64,000 nt of DNA from an uncultured Candidatus Saccharibacteria bacterium (GTDB taxonomy: Bacteria > Patescibacteriota > Minisyncoccia > Sungbacterales > JACQCQ01): assembly GCA_964494945.1 (NCBI GenBank), contig CAZBTX010000002.1, positions 38,696 to 102,695 of the forward strand. The letters run 5' to 3'. Below, piece after piece: positions 16,381-25,896 of the stretch. The notes beneath the pieces were generated by a model. That model worked only from the letters and a program-made list of their open reading frames with translations, did no database searches and had not been told where the DNA came from. A program made the translations under genes and the position numbers. Within the stretch, counting starts at the first letter, position 1. Each line of letters begins with the position of its first letter.

Positions 16381-18999
16381 TTAAACCACAAAGTTAATCA
16401 ACCGATCACGAACGAAAACGACTTTTTGCGGCTCACTCGTCAAGAACTTGGCGGCTGCGGCATCTGCACGCACCGCGCTTTCGGCGTCTTTTTGTGAGAC
16501 ACCTCTTGGCAAATTTATCCTGCCACGCACCTTGCCATTTACCTGCACTATCAACTGAAACGTATCTTCATGAATAAGTTTTTCGTCATACGAAGGCCAA
16601 GAGGATTTATGAATTGAGCCCTTGTCTCTTTGCTGTCCCGATTCGCTTCGCGAATCGCGGATCCTCGATTTTTTGTCTGCGAAAAATCGGGACCATAACT
16701 CTTCCGCGATATGCGGCGCGAAAGGCGCTAATAATTGCAAAAATATTTTGACGTCTTCGCCCGAAACAGCCCCCGGAAACTCCTCAAACTCGTTCAAAAG
16801 TATCATGAGTGCCGAAATCGCTGTATTGTAGCGCAGCCCTACAATGTCTTCAGTTATTTTCTTAATTGTTCGATGAACTATTCTTTCCAACTTTTGATTT
16901 TTGAGTTGTAATTTTGATTTTTGACTTTTGATTTTTGATTTTTCAGAGTAGAACCTCCAAACCCGATTTAAGAATCTGGTCATCCCGGCAATCCCCGAAT
17001 CGCGAAAATCCCCGCCTTCCTGAAATGGTCCGGTAAACATCAAATAAAGTCGCAAGGCGTCAGCGCCGTAGGCCTTGATGTAATCGTCCGGATTTACAAT
17101 ATTCCCCTTGGATTTGGACATTTTGGCGCCGTCTTTGATTATGAGTCCGTGTGCACGAAATATCGTGAACGGCTCCTCAAAATCCAAAAGCTCCCAATCC
17201 TTGAATACCATCGTAAGAAACCGCGAGTACAAAAGATGCAGAACCGAGTGCTCCGCCCCGCCGATGTACATCTGGACAGGCAACCATCGCCGTGTAATTT
17301 CCTGATTCCACGGAATTTCTAATTCCGAATTTCTAATTCCTAAATTTGAACTTTTTGCATTCTCATTTTGAATTTTGATCTTTGAATTTTGCATTTTTAC
17401 GCTGGGATACCGAAGAAAGTACCAGGCCGAATCCAGAAAAGTATCGGAAACATCGGTTTCGCGACGCGCCTTAGCGCCGCACTTGGGACATTTTGTTTCG
17501 TAAAACGACTTAACTGACGCCAATGGCGACTGACCCGTCCCCGTGGGCCGAAAATTCTTGATAAACGGCAATTTTACCGGCAAATCTTTTTCCGGCACCG
17601 CCATCCAGCCCGGATTTTCCAGTTCGCCCTTATTAAATCCTTCCTTAATTTTGATTTTTGATTTTTGATTTTTGATTTTCCCCGCGCAGTTTTCACAGAA
17701 AACAAGCGGGATGGGCGGCCCCCAATAGCGCTGGCGCGAAATCAGCCAATCACGGATGCGATATGTGGTAACTTTTCTACCCTTTCCCTTTTCGCTAAGC
17801 CACTTCGTGATGGCAACCCTGGCCCCAGATGAAGTCATGCCACTGAACTGACCTGAGTCGTACAAAACTCCATCTTCTATAAAAACCCCTTCAATTTTTT
17901 CTTCATCGGCCGGTTTTATAGTTGGCTTCAGCGGTATATGGTATCTTTTCGCAAAAGCCACGTCGCGTTCATCGTGTGCGTCTCCAAATAGAGCACCGGT
18001 GCCAAAATTTATAAGCGCGTAGTCCGCAATCCAAATCGGTAACTCTTGGTTATTTAAGGGATTAACTGCTTTCGCTCCCCTTACTTCGATTCCTGTTTTT
18101 TCTCTTCCTTCAGCAGCCCGTTCAAGTTCAGACTTTTTAATTGCATTTTGAACGTAGTTTTCTATTTCTTTGCTATTTGATACTTGATTTTTTAATTCCC
18201 AGATTATCGGATGCTCCGGAGCCAACACTAAAAATGTAGCCCCCCAAAGCGTGTCTACTCTGGTGGTAAACACCTTGATACTTAAATTTTTGTTTTTAAT
18301 CTCAAAACTGATCTCCGTGCCCTCGGATTTTCCGATCCAATTCCTTTGAGCGATTTTTATTTTTTCCGACCAGTCAATTTTTTCAAGATTATTCAAGAGC
18401 CGCTCGGCATAATCCGTGGTCTTAAAAAACCATTGCTCCAGGTCTTTTTTTATGACCGCCGTGCCGCATCTTTCGCAATTCCCGTTTATGACCTGCTCAT
18501 CCGCCAGCACCGTTTTGCACGAAGGGCACCAATTAACTTTTGCCTTTTTGCGGTATGCCAAGCCGTGCTTAAACATCTGGACGAAAATCCACTGGGTCCA
18601 CTTGTAGTATTCTGGATCGTAGGTTTCTAGTCGCTCATTCCAGCTAAATCCGTTGCCGATGCTCGAAAGCTGCCGGTAAAAATTCTTTTCCGAAACCTTG
18701 GCCTGTTTGGCGGGGTGCTTGCCGATCTTCAGGGCGTAATTTTCCGAATGAATCCCGAAGCCGTCAAGTCCAATGGGCTCAAAAACGTCATGTCCTTGCA
18801 TGCGCTTAAAGCGCCCGTAAATGTCGGAGCCGGTAAAAGCGAAGACATTGCCCACATGAAGCCCCTCCGCCGAAGGATACGGGAACATCATTAAGTTGTA
18901 GTAGGGTCTCTTGGCTCCCTTAAAATTCGGCTCGTAGGTTTTATCCCTAAGCCATTTAGCTTGCCATTTCTTCTCAATTTTCGCCGGGTTGTAGCGCAT
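16381..18999 (-). CDS. leuS: Leucine--tRNA ligase, with repeat-derived inserts
   Basis: MFPYPS, HVGN, WLISRQRYWG and KMSKS motifs. Confidence 0.98.
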   Translation of the reverse strand: MRYNPAKIEKKWQAKWLRDKTYEPNFKGAKRPYYNLMMFPYPSAEGLHVGNVFAFTGSDIYGRFKRMQGHDVFEPIGLDGFGIHSENYALKIGKHPAKQAKVSEKNFYRQLSSIGNGFSWNERLETYDPEYYKWTQWIFVQMFKHGLAYRKKAKVNWCPSCKTVLADEQVINGNCERCGTAVIKKDLEQWFFKTTDYAERLLNNLEKIDWSEKIKIAQRNWIGKSEGTEISFEIKNKNLSIKVFTTRVDTLWGATFLVLAPEHPIIWELKNQVSNSKEIENYVQNAIKKSELERAAEGREKTGIEVRGAKAVNPLNNQELPIWIADYALINFGTGALFGDAHDERDVAFAKRYHIPLKPTIKPADEEKIEGVFIEDGVLYDSGQFSGMTSSGARVAITKWLSEKGKGRKVTTYRIRDWLISRQRYWGPPIPLVFCENCAGKIKNQKSKIKIKEGFNKGELENPGWMAVPEKDLPVKLPFIKNFRPTGTGQSPLASVKSFYETKCPKCGAKARRETDVSDTFLDSAWYFLRYPSVKMQNSKIKIQNENAKSSNLGIRNSELEIPWNQEITRRWLPVQMYIGGAEHSVLHLLYSRFLTMVFKDWELLDFEEPFTIFRAHGLIIKDGAKMSKSKGNIVNPDDYIKAYGADALRLYLMFTGPFQEGGDFRDSGIAGMTRFLNRVWRFYSEKSKIKSQKSKLQLKNQKLERIVHRTIKKITEDIVGLRYNTAISALMILLNEFEEFPGAVSGEDVKIFLQLLAPFAPHIAEELWSRFFADKKSRIRDSRSESGQQRDKGSIHKSSWPSYDEKLIHEDTFQLIVQVNGKVRGRINLPRGVSQKDAESAVRADAAAAKFLTSEPQKVVFVRDRLINFVV

Positions 19000-19000
19000 A

Positions 19001-19078
19001 CCGGGTAGTAGAAATTTGATTAAGCCGGGTTCGTTCGCCCGCCCGCGGCGGGCGAACCATCAAATTTTCACTACCCGG
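19001..19078 (-). mobile_element. TATG-flanked hairpin element E1, on the leuS start codon
   Basis: TATG-CCGGGTAGTGAAAATTTGAT...ATCAAATTTCTACTACCCGG-TATG(leuS). Confidence 0.8.
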
Positions 19079-19197
19079 CATATACAAAGCTCACTATACA
19101 GGCGCTCTATCGCCGATTCAAGCCGAAACGGCGGACCCTTTTAACGCCTCGCCCGAAAAATTAACATTCTCGCATTCTTGAGAATATGAGAATGTTG

Positions 19198-20019
19198 TTA
19201 AATGTTGAAAAGCTGGCGAGCATTTTTTGTTGTAATTTTACTCACTATATCAATATCTGTTCCTTTCCACTCGGCGATCTTAGCAACCGCGGCTTCCATG
19301 TATAGGGGCTCATTACGTTTGCCCCGATAAGGCATAGGAGCCACATACGGCGCGTCGGTTTCCAAGACAATTCTATCAAGCGGCACTGACTCAACGATGT
19401 CGCGATAACTTTCTGCAAACGTGATTACGCCGCCGAATCCCAGATAAAACCCCAGATCCATCAGGGCTTTGGCATCATCAACCGTGCCGCTGAAAAAATG
19501 GATGACGCCAGGGTTAGCGACATGGGGCATGTGACATGAGACAAGTAACTCAATCAAGTCGGCGAATGCTTCACGGCAATGGATAATTAACGGCTTTTTT
19601 AATTCTTTAGCAAGTTGAATTTGCGCTTCAAAAATTTCTTTTTGCTTTTTCCTTGTCTCTTGTCCCATGTCGCTTGTCGCTCTGTAGTAATCCAGTCCGC
19701 ACTCGCCTATGCCTAATACTTTGGGATGTTTGGCCAATTCACGAAGTTTTTCCAGATCAAAAACTTCCTCGGCGGGATGTTCTTTTTCCCACTCGTCGTG
19801 ATGCGTCGGCACAATATGCCCCGGATGGAATCCCACAGAGGCATAAACGCCTTCGGGATATTTTTCGGCAAGTTCTATGGCGCTTTGTGAAGTGGACTCT
19901 TGGGTTCCGACATTCACCATCCAAATTCCCGCCTCGAGCGCCCGCGAAATTACGGCTTTGCGATCTTCATTATAAACGGGAAACTGAACGTGGGTATGAG
20001 TGTCAATTAGTCGCGGCAT
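19198..20019 (-). CDS. tatD: TatD-family deoxyribonuclease
   Basis: IDTHTH, GFHP, IGECGLDY, IHCR and LETDAPY motifs. Confidence 0.95.
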   Translation of the reverse strand: MPRLIDTHTHVQFPVYNEDRKAVISRALEAGIWMVNVGTQESTSQSAIELAEKYPEGVYASVGFHPGHIVPTHHDEWEKEHPAEEVFDLEKLRELAKHPKVLGIGECGLDYYRATSDMGQETRKKQKEIFEAQIQLAKELKKPLIIHCREAFADLIELLVSCHMPHVANPGVIHFFSGTVDDAKALMDLGFYLGFGGVITFAESYRDIVESVPLDRIVLETDAPYVAPMPYRGKRNEPLYMEAAVAKIAEWKGTDIDIVSKITTKNARQLFNI

Positions 20020-20040
20020 GTGTTATGATATTTTCGCAGC

Positions 20041-20177
20041 AAGAGCGGCAAGGGGTTCATCCGGGGTTGGCCTGAGAGGATGATGGTGCGTACCCAAGCG
20101 CGCATCGTTTCAACATCCTGGGATTCACCTCCGCCCCCGCCGAGTGACATTCGGGCACACTTGGCCTTGCTGCTTTT
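20041..20177 (+). ncRNA. Candidate structured small RNA (possibly 6S-like) between tatD and metG
   Basis: Closing stem aagagcggcaagg/ccttgctgctttt and a long inner hairpin. G-U pairs favour the + strand. Extended -10 TGtTATGAT at 20021-20029. Confidence 0.45.
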
Positions 20178-21623
20178 TCATTTGCGCGGGAAAAGGGGGT
20201 CAATTTTTACACTAGGAATAAAAAGATAAAAACCCTCTGGAGCTTTTTTAATCCCTAGTCCACTTAAAATTTTTCTCGAAGAATCAGGCATAAGCGGCTG
20301 TAGCAGTTCAGCTATCTTACTAAGCACAGCCAGGGGTTCTATCAACATGGTCTTTCTCCTATCTTTTAAAAATTTCCATGGTTCCGTTTTATTGATTAAC
20401 TGATCAGCATAGGAAACAAGTTGTTGAATAATATTTATAGCACCATAAAACTCCAGCGACTCCATTAAGTTTTGATATTCCTGAGCCAATGAATCAATAT
20501 ATTTCTGTGATTCACCGCTTAACCCAAGAAGATTAATTTCCTGCTCGGCTGCTAGCGTAGTAATACGAGCTGCCAAATTCCCGATACCATTCGCCAAATC
20601 GGCATTGTATTTTTCGGTAAGTTTATCCCAGTCAAAATCGCCGTCCGCGCCGAAGGGAAATGCCGAGAGCAGAAGATACCTGGCGCCATCCACACCAAAT
20701 TTTTGGGTTATCTCATCCGGCGTAATGACATTACCGAGTGTTTTGGACATTTTCTGGCCGCCAATCGTGAAAAAACCGTGAGCAAAAACTTTTTTAGGCG
20801 GCTCTTCACCGGCCGCTAAAAGCAGGGCTGGCCAAACAACGGAGTGGAACCAAAGAATGTCTTTGCCGACTAAATGCAAATCCGCTGGCCAGCATTTTTC
20901 TTGGCTACCGTAGGTATAATAGTTAATCAGCGCGTCTACCCAAACGTAAACAGTCTGGGTTTCATCCCGGGGAATTGGTATCCCCCATTTGGTTTTCTTC
21001 ATGGAACGCGAAATGGAAATATCTTCCAATCCTTGGCGTAATTTACCCAAGATCTCGTTTTTGCGTTCATCTGGCGCTATAACCAGCTCGTCTGATTCAA
21101 TCAGTTTAATTAATTGATCCTGAAACTTGCTTAAATGGAAAAAGTAATTTTCTTCTTTGTGCCGCTCGGGGATAGTTTGATGGTCCGGGCATTTGTTATC
21201 AACTAGATCTGATTCGTTAAGAAATGCTTCATGCCCCACGCAGTAAAGTCCTTCGTAAATACCCTTGCTGACAAAACCGCGGTCATAAATTTTTTGCATG
21301 AACTGTTTGACGGTCGCCCCGTGATCGGAATCTGTTGTCCGAATAAAACGATCATATTGAACGCAGAGTTTGTCCCAAGTTTCGCGGAATACTGACGAAA
21401 TCTCATCAGCATAGGATTTGACGTCTTTGCCGCGAGCGGTTGCGGCTTTTTCAATTTTATCACCATGCTCATCCGTCCCTGTGAGCAAACGAACATCCTG
21501 CCCCATGGATTTCCGCCATCTGGCATAGACATCGGCCGCCACCGTGGTATAAGCATGCCCAATATGCGGCACGTCGTTGACGTAATAAATGGGGGTAGTG
21601 ATGAAATAAGGTTTTTTATTCAT
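20178..21623 (-). CDS. metG: Methionine--tRNA ligase
   Basis: TTPIYYVN, HIGH, GTDEHG and KMSKT motifs. Confidence 0.97.
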   Translation of the reverse strand: MNKKPYFITTPIYYVNDVPHIGHAYTTVAADVYARWRKSMGQDVRLLTGTDEHGDKIEKAATARGKDVKSYADEISSVFRETWDKLCVQYDRFIRTTDSDHGATVKQFMQKIYDRGFVSKGIYEGLYCVGHEAFLNESDLVDNKCPDHQTIPERHKEENYFFHLSKFQDQLIKLIESDELVIAPDERKNEILGKLRQGLEDISISRSMKKTKWGIPIPRDETQTVYVWVDALINYYTYGSQEKCWPADLHLVGKDILWFHSVVWPALLLAAGEEPPKKVFAHGFFTIGGQKMSKTLGNVITPDEITQKFGVDGARYLLLSAFPFGADGDFDWDKLTEKYNADLANGIGNLAARITTLAAEQEINLLGLSGESQKYIDSLAQEYQNLMESLEFYGAINIIQQLVSYADQLINKTEPWKFLKDRRKTMLIEPLAVLSKIAELLQPLMPDSSRKILSGLGIKKAPEGFYLFIPSVKIDPLFPRK

Positions 21624-22008
21624 GCCCAAAACGTCTTATTAGCCATAGCATAATCCAAGCTCCCGCGACATCAACGATGATATCTAATGCGGTATCCAAG
21701 GCGTACCATAGAGGCCCGCCATACTCGGCTGGTGTCGCGGAAACCAAAAATTCTATGACCTCAAAGACCGCTCCGATTAAGAAAACTGAAAAGAGAAGTA
21801 CTTTAGTCCGCGGGAAATAAGGATAGAAAAGACCGGCAACCAGCGCCCCTCCCAGAGTATGTACTGCTTTATCCCATTGGGGGAATAGGGTCCCGGTAGG
21901 CAAACCCGACGCCCAGAAATCCAAAAGGAACAGCAAAAGCAAAAGAAAAAGGGCGATGACTTGCCCCCCGGCAATCCCGGTCAGATCTGCTCTTGCCTTA
22001 CCAATCAT
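21616..22008 (-). CDS. Small membrane protein (VanZ-like, DKxxH motif)
   Basis: WDKAVH and FEVIEF motifs, TM segments, overlaps both neighbours. Confidence 0.65.
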   Translation of the reverse strand: MIGKARADLTGIAGGQVIALFLLLLLFLLDFWASGLPTGTLFPQWDKAVHTLGGALVAGLFYPYFPRTKVLLFSVFLIGAVFEVIEFLVSATPAEYGGPLWYALDTALDIIVDVAGAWIMLWLIRRFGHE

Positions 22009-23051
22009 GCGCTGCTCTGCCTGCGTTTTTTCTTATCAAAATCATTCAGAAGCTCCACTAATACGGCGGTTACCGGCACCGCCAGCAAAAGTCCCAGAAT
22101 TCCCGCGAGTTCCGCGCCTATCAAAAGCGCTATAACCACCACGATCGGTGAAATGCCGAATGTGGTTTTCATTACCAGGGGTACCACAATGTGCGATTCC
22201 AACTGCTGCACCACTACATAAAGAATAATTACCATCAGCGCCAAAAAGGGACTTTGAAGAAAAGCTATCAAGGTAGCCGGAACAGCCGCCAGTATCGGCC
22301 CCGCGATGGGCACTAATTCAAAAATAGCGGCAATAAATGCGAATACCAAAGCGTATTTTACGTTAAGAAGCGTTAAACCAAGGTAGATCCCGACCCCTAT
22401 CAGGGCCCCCAAAAGCAGCTGGGCCCTCAACCACTGCCCCATTTTTTTCTGCGCCCTAAGCCACAGATCCACTGAATAGCTTTCGTATTTTAGGGGCAGA
22501 GCTATACGTATAAAGTCCTCGATCCCCTTTTCTTTTATGGCAAGATAAAATGACACCACTATCAGGATAACTACCGAAAATGCCCCACCGAAAAAACCGG
22601 AAGTGAACGACACCACCCCACTGGAAAATCCAGAGATATACTGTGACGGCTCCGCTAATAGGCCGCGGGCGTTTTCCCGAATGAAATCGATGAACGGTAA
22701 ATTACCGATACCCTGAATTTCACGCAAAACCTGCCGTTCAAATATCGGATAGGTAAGAGTGAAGCCCTGCAGTTCTTCCGCGAGCAACGGCACTATAAGA
22801 TAAACGGCGAATACCAGAGTTGAGATGGCCGCCAAAAAAATAAGTATAGTGGATAAAATCCGCGGAACGCGGAGACGCTGGAACCACTCAATGGCGGGTT
22901 CCATGGCCGAAGCCAGAACCACCGCAAATAAAAGTATCGCTACGATATCCCGTAACATATACAGCAGTACCAGCCCGAGTATCACGGAAAAGAACCTGAC
23001 CATTGTCCAGGTAGAGATATCAACGTAGTGGCGATTAACTTGTATTTGCAT
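22005..23051 (-). CDS. AI-2E family transporter
   Basis: VPIAGP, QQLESH and GLLLAVP motifs. Confidence 0.92.
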   Translation of the reverse strand: MQIQVNRHYVDISTWTMVRFFSVILGLVLLYMLRDIVAILLFAVVLASAMEPAIEWFQRLRVPRILSTILIFLAAISTLVFAVYLIVPLLAEELQGFTLTYPIFERQVLREIQGIGNLPFIDFIRENARGLLAEPSQYISGFSSGVVSFTSGFFGGAFSVVILIVVSFYLAIKEKGIEDFIRIALPLKYESYSVDLWLRAQKKMGQWLRAQLLLGALIGVGIYLGLTLLNVKYALVFAFIAAIFELVPIAGPILAAVPATLIAFLQSPFLALMVIILYVVVQQLESHIVVPLVMKTTFGISPIVVVIALLIGAELAGILGLLLAVPVTAVLVELLNDFDKKKRRQSSA

Positions 23052-23052
23052 A

Positions 23053-23185
23053 TCGGGTAGTAGAACTTCGGATAAGTAATAATACTATGAAACTACCGAT
23101 TTTCTTGCTTACAAGCAAATTTATTGAGTAAATCCCGTTATAAAATAATAGTCCGCTCTATCCCATCCGGAGTTTCACTACCCGA
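23053..23185 (-). mobile_element. TATG-flanked hairpin element E2, on the AI-2E start codon
   Basis: TATG-TCGGGTAGTGAAACTCCGGAT...ATCCGAAGTTCTACTACCCGA-TATG. Confidence 0.8.
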
Positions 23186-23191
23186 CATAGT

Positions 23192-24460
23192 TTAGAGTTT
23201 TAGAAGCTTTTTGAACTTCTCCTCGTCCTTGAAGGGCCCGATGATGGCTAAGTTAAGCCGTTCCGGCCTAAATAGCTTTTTTGCTAACGCCTGAACTTGA
23301 GCTGGCGTTACTGCATCAATCTTAGCAAAAACTTCATCAATTGTAAGAGGTTTGCCAGTAAGCATCTCCTCGCTACCGACAAAATTGGCGACAGCATTAG
23401 AAGCCTCCATTGCGATAAGTGTGTGAGTTTTAATATACTCTTTAGTTCTTGTAAGCTCAGATACATTAACGCCCCGTTCTATCATCTTACTGTATTCACC
23501 CATAATAGCCGCCGTAGCCCTTTCAACATTGGAATGGGCCACACCGGCATAAGTTACTAAACACCCGCGATTGGAATAAGCACTGTGATCTGTCGCTATA
23601 TGATACGCAAGACCCAAACGCTCACGCACTGTATCAAACATACGCGAACTCCAGCTACCACCAAGAACTGTGGCTAGCATATCTGCGACATAACGGTCTT
23701 TATCCACCCCGGGAATACCACGAAATCCTAGCAAAATATGTGTTTGATCGGTTTCTTTAAAAATTACTTTCGTTTGAGGATTCTTATGTCGCAACTCACG
23801 GAACGAACCAAAAGGTTTAGGCTTGGTGGCACGAACCTTACTAAAAAGCGCTAATACTTTCCTTGTGACATACGATTCATCGCAATTCCCCGCTACCACA
23901 ACGGCAGTATTTTGTGCTGTGTATTGGCGGTTGAAATAATCCTTAAAATGTTTTGGCGTGAAAGAGCGAATATGCTCTTCGGTACCGCTGATATCCCTGC
24001 CCGCATTTTGATTGCCATAAAGCAACTTTTCATATTCAATGCCAACTTGACGCTCGGGAGTATCGGCAATCATGTGCATTTCCTCAATCACTACTTGACG
24101 CTCGCGATCGATTTCCTTTTGATCAAGCAATGAGTTGATATAGATGTCCGCAAGAATCTCTAGTGCTCGGTCAAGACGGGTCTTCGCAGTTTTTATGTAA
24201 TAACCGGTAATCTCGTGTGATGTAAAAGCGTTTTGTATACCGCCCATTTGGTTCATTTCACCTTTAATAATCTGCGGCGTGGGGCGTTTCTTTGTTCCTT
24301 TAAAGAACATATGCTCCAAAAAATGCGAAATACCAGCTTCTTTATTGGTCTCGTTGTCTGAACCTGTGCCGCAAAGAACAAGCACCGTCACAGTATTCGT
24401 GCCTTTCATGGGGGTGGTGATGATACGGAGTTTATTGGGTAAAGTGATTTTCTTAAACAT
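23192..24460 (-). CDS. M16 (pitrilysin-family) zinc peptidase
   Basis: HFLEHMFFKGT, NAFTS and VRERLGLAY motifs. Confidence 0.94.
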   Translation of the reverse strand: MFKKITLPNKLRIITTPMKGTNTVTVLVLCGTGSDNETNKEAGISHFLEHMFFKGTKKRPTPQIIKGEMNQMGGIQNAFTSHEITGYYIKTAKTRLDRALEILADIYINSLLDQKEIDRERQVVIEEMHMIADTPERQVGIEYEKLLYGNQNAGRDISGTEEHIRSFTPKHFKDYFNRQYTAQNTAVVVAGNCDESYVTRKVLALFSKVRATKPKPFGSFRELRHKNPQTKVIFKETDQTHILLGFRGIPGVDKDRYVADMLATVLGGSWSSRMFDTVRERLGLAYHIATDHSAYSNRGCLVTYAGVAHSNVERATAAIMGEYSKMIERGVNVSELTRTKEYIKTHTLIAMEASNAVANFVGSEEMLTGKPLTIDEVFAKIDAVTPAQVQALAKKLFRPERLNLAIIGPFKDEEKFKKLLKL

Positions 24461-24507
24461 GCGAAAGCATACTAGCTTATTTTTCTCTTATGGTCTAGGG
24501 TTTGGCC

Positions 24508-25881
24508 TTACTTGATTTTCGCGTTTAAGTATTCAACCAATTCCGAATCCTTAACTCGTTCCTGCTGCATAGTGTCGCGGTCGCGAACAGTAACGGAGCC
24601 GTCTTCTAACGTTTCAAAATCCACCGTGATACAGAATGGCGTGCCAATTTCGTCCTGGCTATAGTAGCGTTTGCCGATATTCCCCCGGTCATCCCAGGCG
24701 GTCATAAAATGCTGTTTTAGATTTCGATAGATAGCGCGTGCCCGCTCCACCAGCTCGGGCTTATTCGCAAGTAGCGGGAACACGGCGACTTTATAGGGAG
24801 CAATGGAGGGTGCAAGTCGCAGGACGGTGCGGTTCTCCTCCTCGTGATAAGCATCACAAAGAAGCGCAAATAGAATCCGCTCAACTCCTGCGGATGGTTC
24901 GATTACATATGGTATAAACCGCTCTTTAGTCTCCTCGTCGAAATAAGAAAGATTATCCCCCTCCCTAGTATGAGCCTGTAGATCAAAATTGCCGCGATTC
25001 GCAATTCCTTCAATTTCCTTCCGACCGAAAGGAAAATCATACTCAATATCTATTGTTGCTTTTGAATAATGTGCTCGTTCTTCCGTTGATTGTTCTCGTA
25101 AATGTATGTTGTTCAGACCAATGCGTTTGTACCATGCAAGACGCTCATCAACCCACATCCTGAAAGCTTTGTCATCATGTCCCGGCTTCACGAAATATTC
25201 CAACTCCATCTGCTCAAATTCGCGTGTACGAAAAATGAAATCCTTTGGATTGATTTCATTTCGGAATGCCCGGCCAATCTGCGCGATACCGAAAGGAACT
25301 TTAACTCGCATAGTATCAAGGATATTTTTGAAATTCACAAAAATGCCGCCAGCAGTTTCGGGGCGAAGATACGCGACCGAGGCATCGCCTTCCACGGGGC
25401 CGACAAAAGTTTTGAACATCAGGTTGAATTTACGCGGAAATCCTAGCGTATTCTTTCCGCCGCAACTCTCACAAACAACATCTTTAAAATCCGTGATTAA
25501 TTCATACGATTTATCCGAAAGGCCCGGAATCCTATTTACCTGTATTTTAATTTTATCCTCGCCGAAATCATCTGCTTTAAACCTTCTATGGCAGTTAGAA
25601 CATTCCACCAAAATATCAGAGAAGCCGATAACGTGTCCCGACGCCTCCCACACTTTTGGGTTCATGATAATAGCGGCGCTCAAACCGACAACGTCATCAC
25701 GCTCCGATACAACCGCCTTCCACCAAGCTTGTTTGATATTAAATTTCAATTCTGCGCCAAGCGGGCCGAAATCATAAAAGCCAGCGAGCCCGCCGTAAAT
25801 TTCCGACCCGGGAAAAACAAAACCGCGCCTTTTGGCGAGTGACACGATTTTATCCATAAGCGTCAGATTGTCCGCAGTCAT
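24508..25881 (-). CDS. glyQS: Glycine--tRNA ligase (alpha2 type)
   Basis: YLRPETA, FRNEI, FRTREFEQME and IEPSAG motifs. Confidence 0.96.
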   Translation of the reverse strand: MTADNLTLMDKIVSLAKRRGFVFPGSEIYGGLAGFYDFGPLGAELKFNIKQAWWKAVVSERDDVVGLSAAIIMNPKVWEASGHVIGFSDILVECSNCHRRFKADDFGEDKIKIQVNRIPGLSDKSYELITDFKDVVCESCGGKNTLGFPRKFNLMFKTFVGPVEGDASVAYLRPETAGGIFVNFKNILDTMRVKVPFGIAQIGRAFRNEINPKDFIFRTREFEQMELEYFVKPGHDDKAFRMWVDERLAWYKRIGLNNIHLREQSTEERAHYSKATIDIEYDFPFGRKEIEGIANRGNFDLQAHTREGDNLSYFDEETKERFIPYVIEPSAGVERILFALLCDAYHEEENRTVLRLAPSIAPYKVAVFPLLANKPELVERARAIYRNLKQHFMTAWDDRGNIGKRYYSQDEIGTPFCITVDFETLEDGSVTVRDRDTMQQERVKDSELVEYLNAKIK

Positions 25882-25896
25882 AAGTTGGTAGATTTA

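Noticed and set aside
20060-20095. TPP riboswitch (GGGG..CTGAGA..ACCC) or 16S rRNA fragment (CTGAGAGGATGAT)
   Set aside because: The 3' half of the TPP aptamer is absent, there is no downstream + strand gene, and rRNA similarity does not extend.
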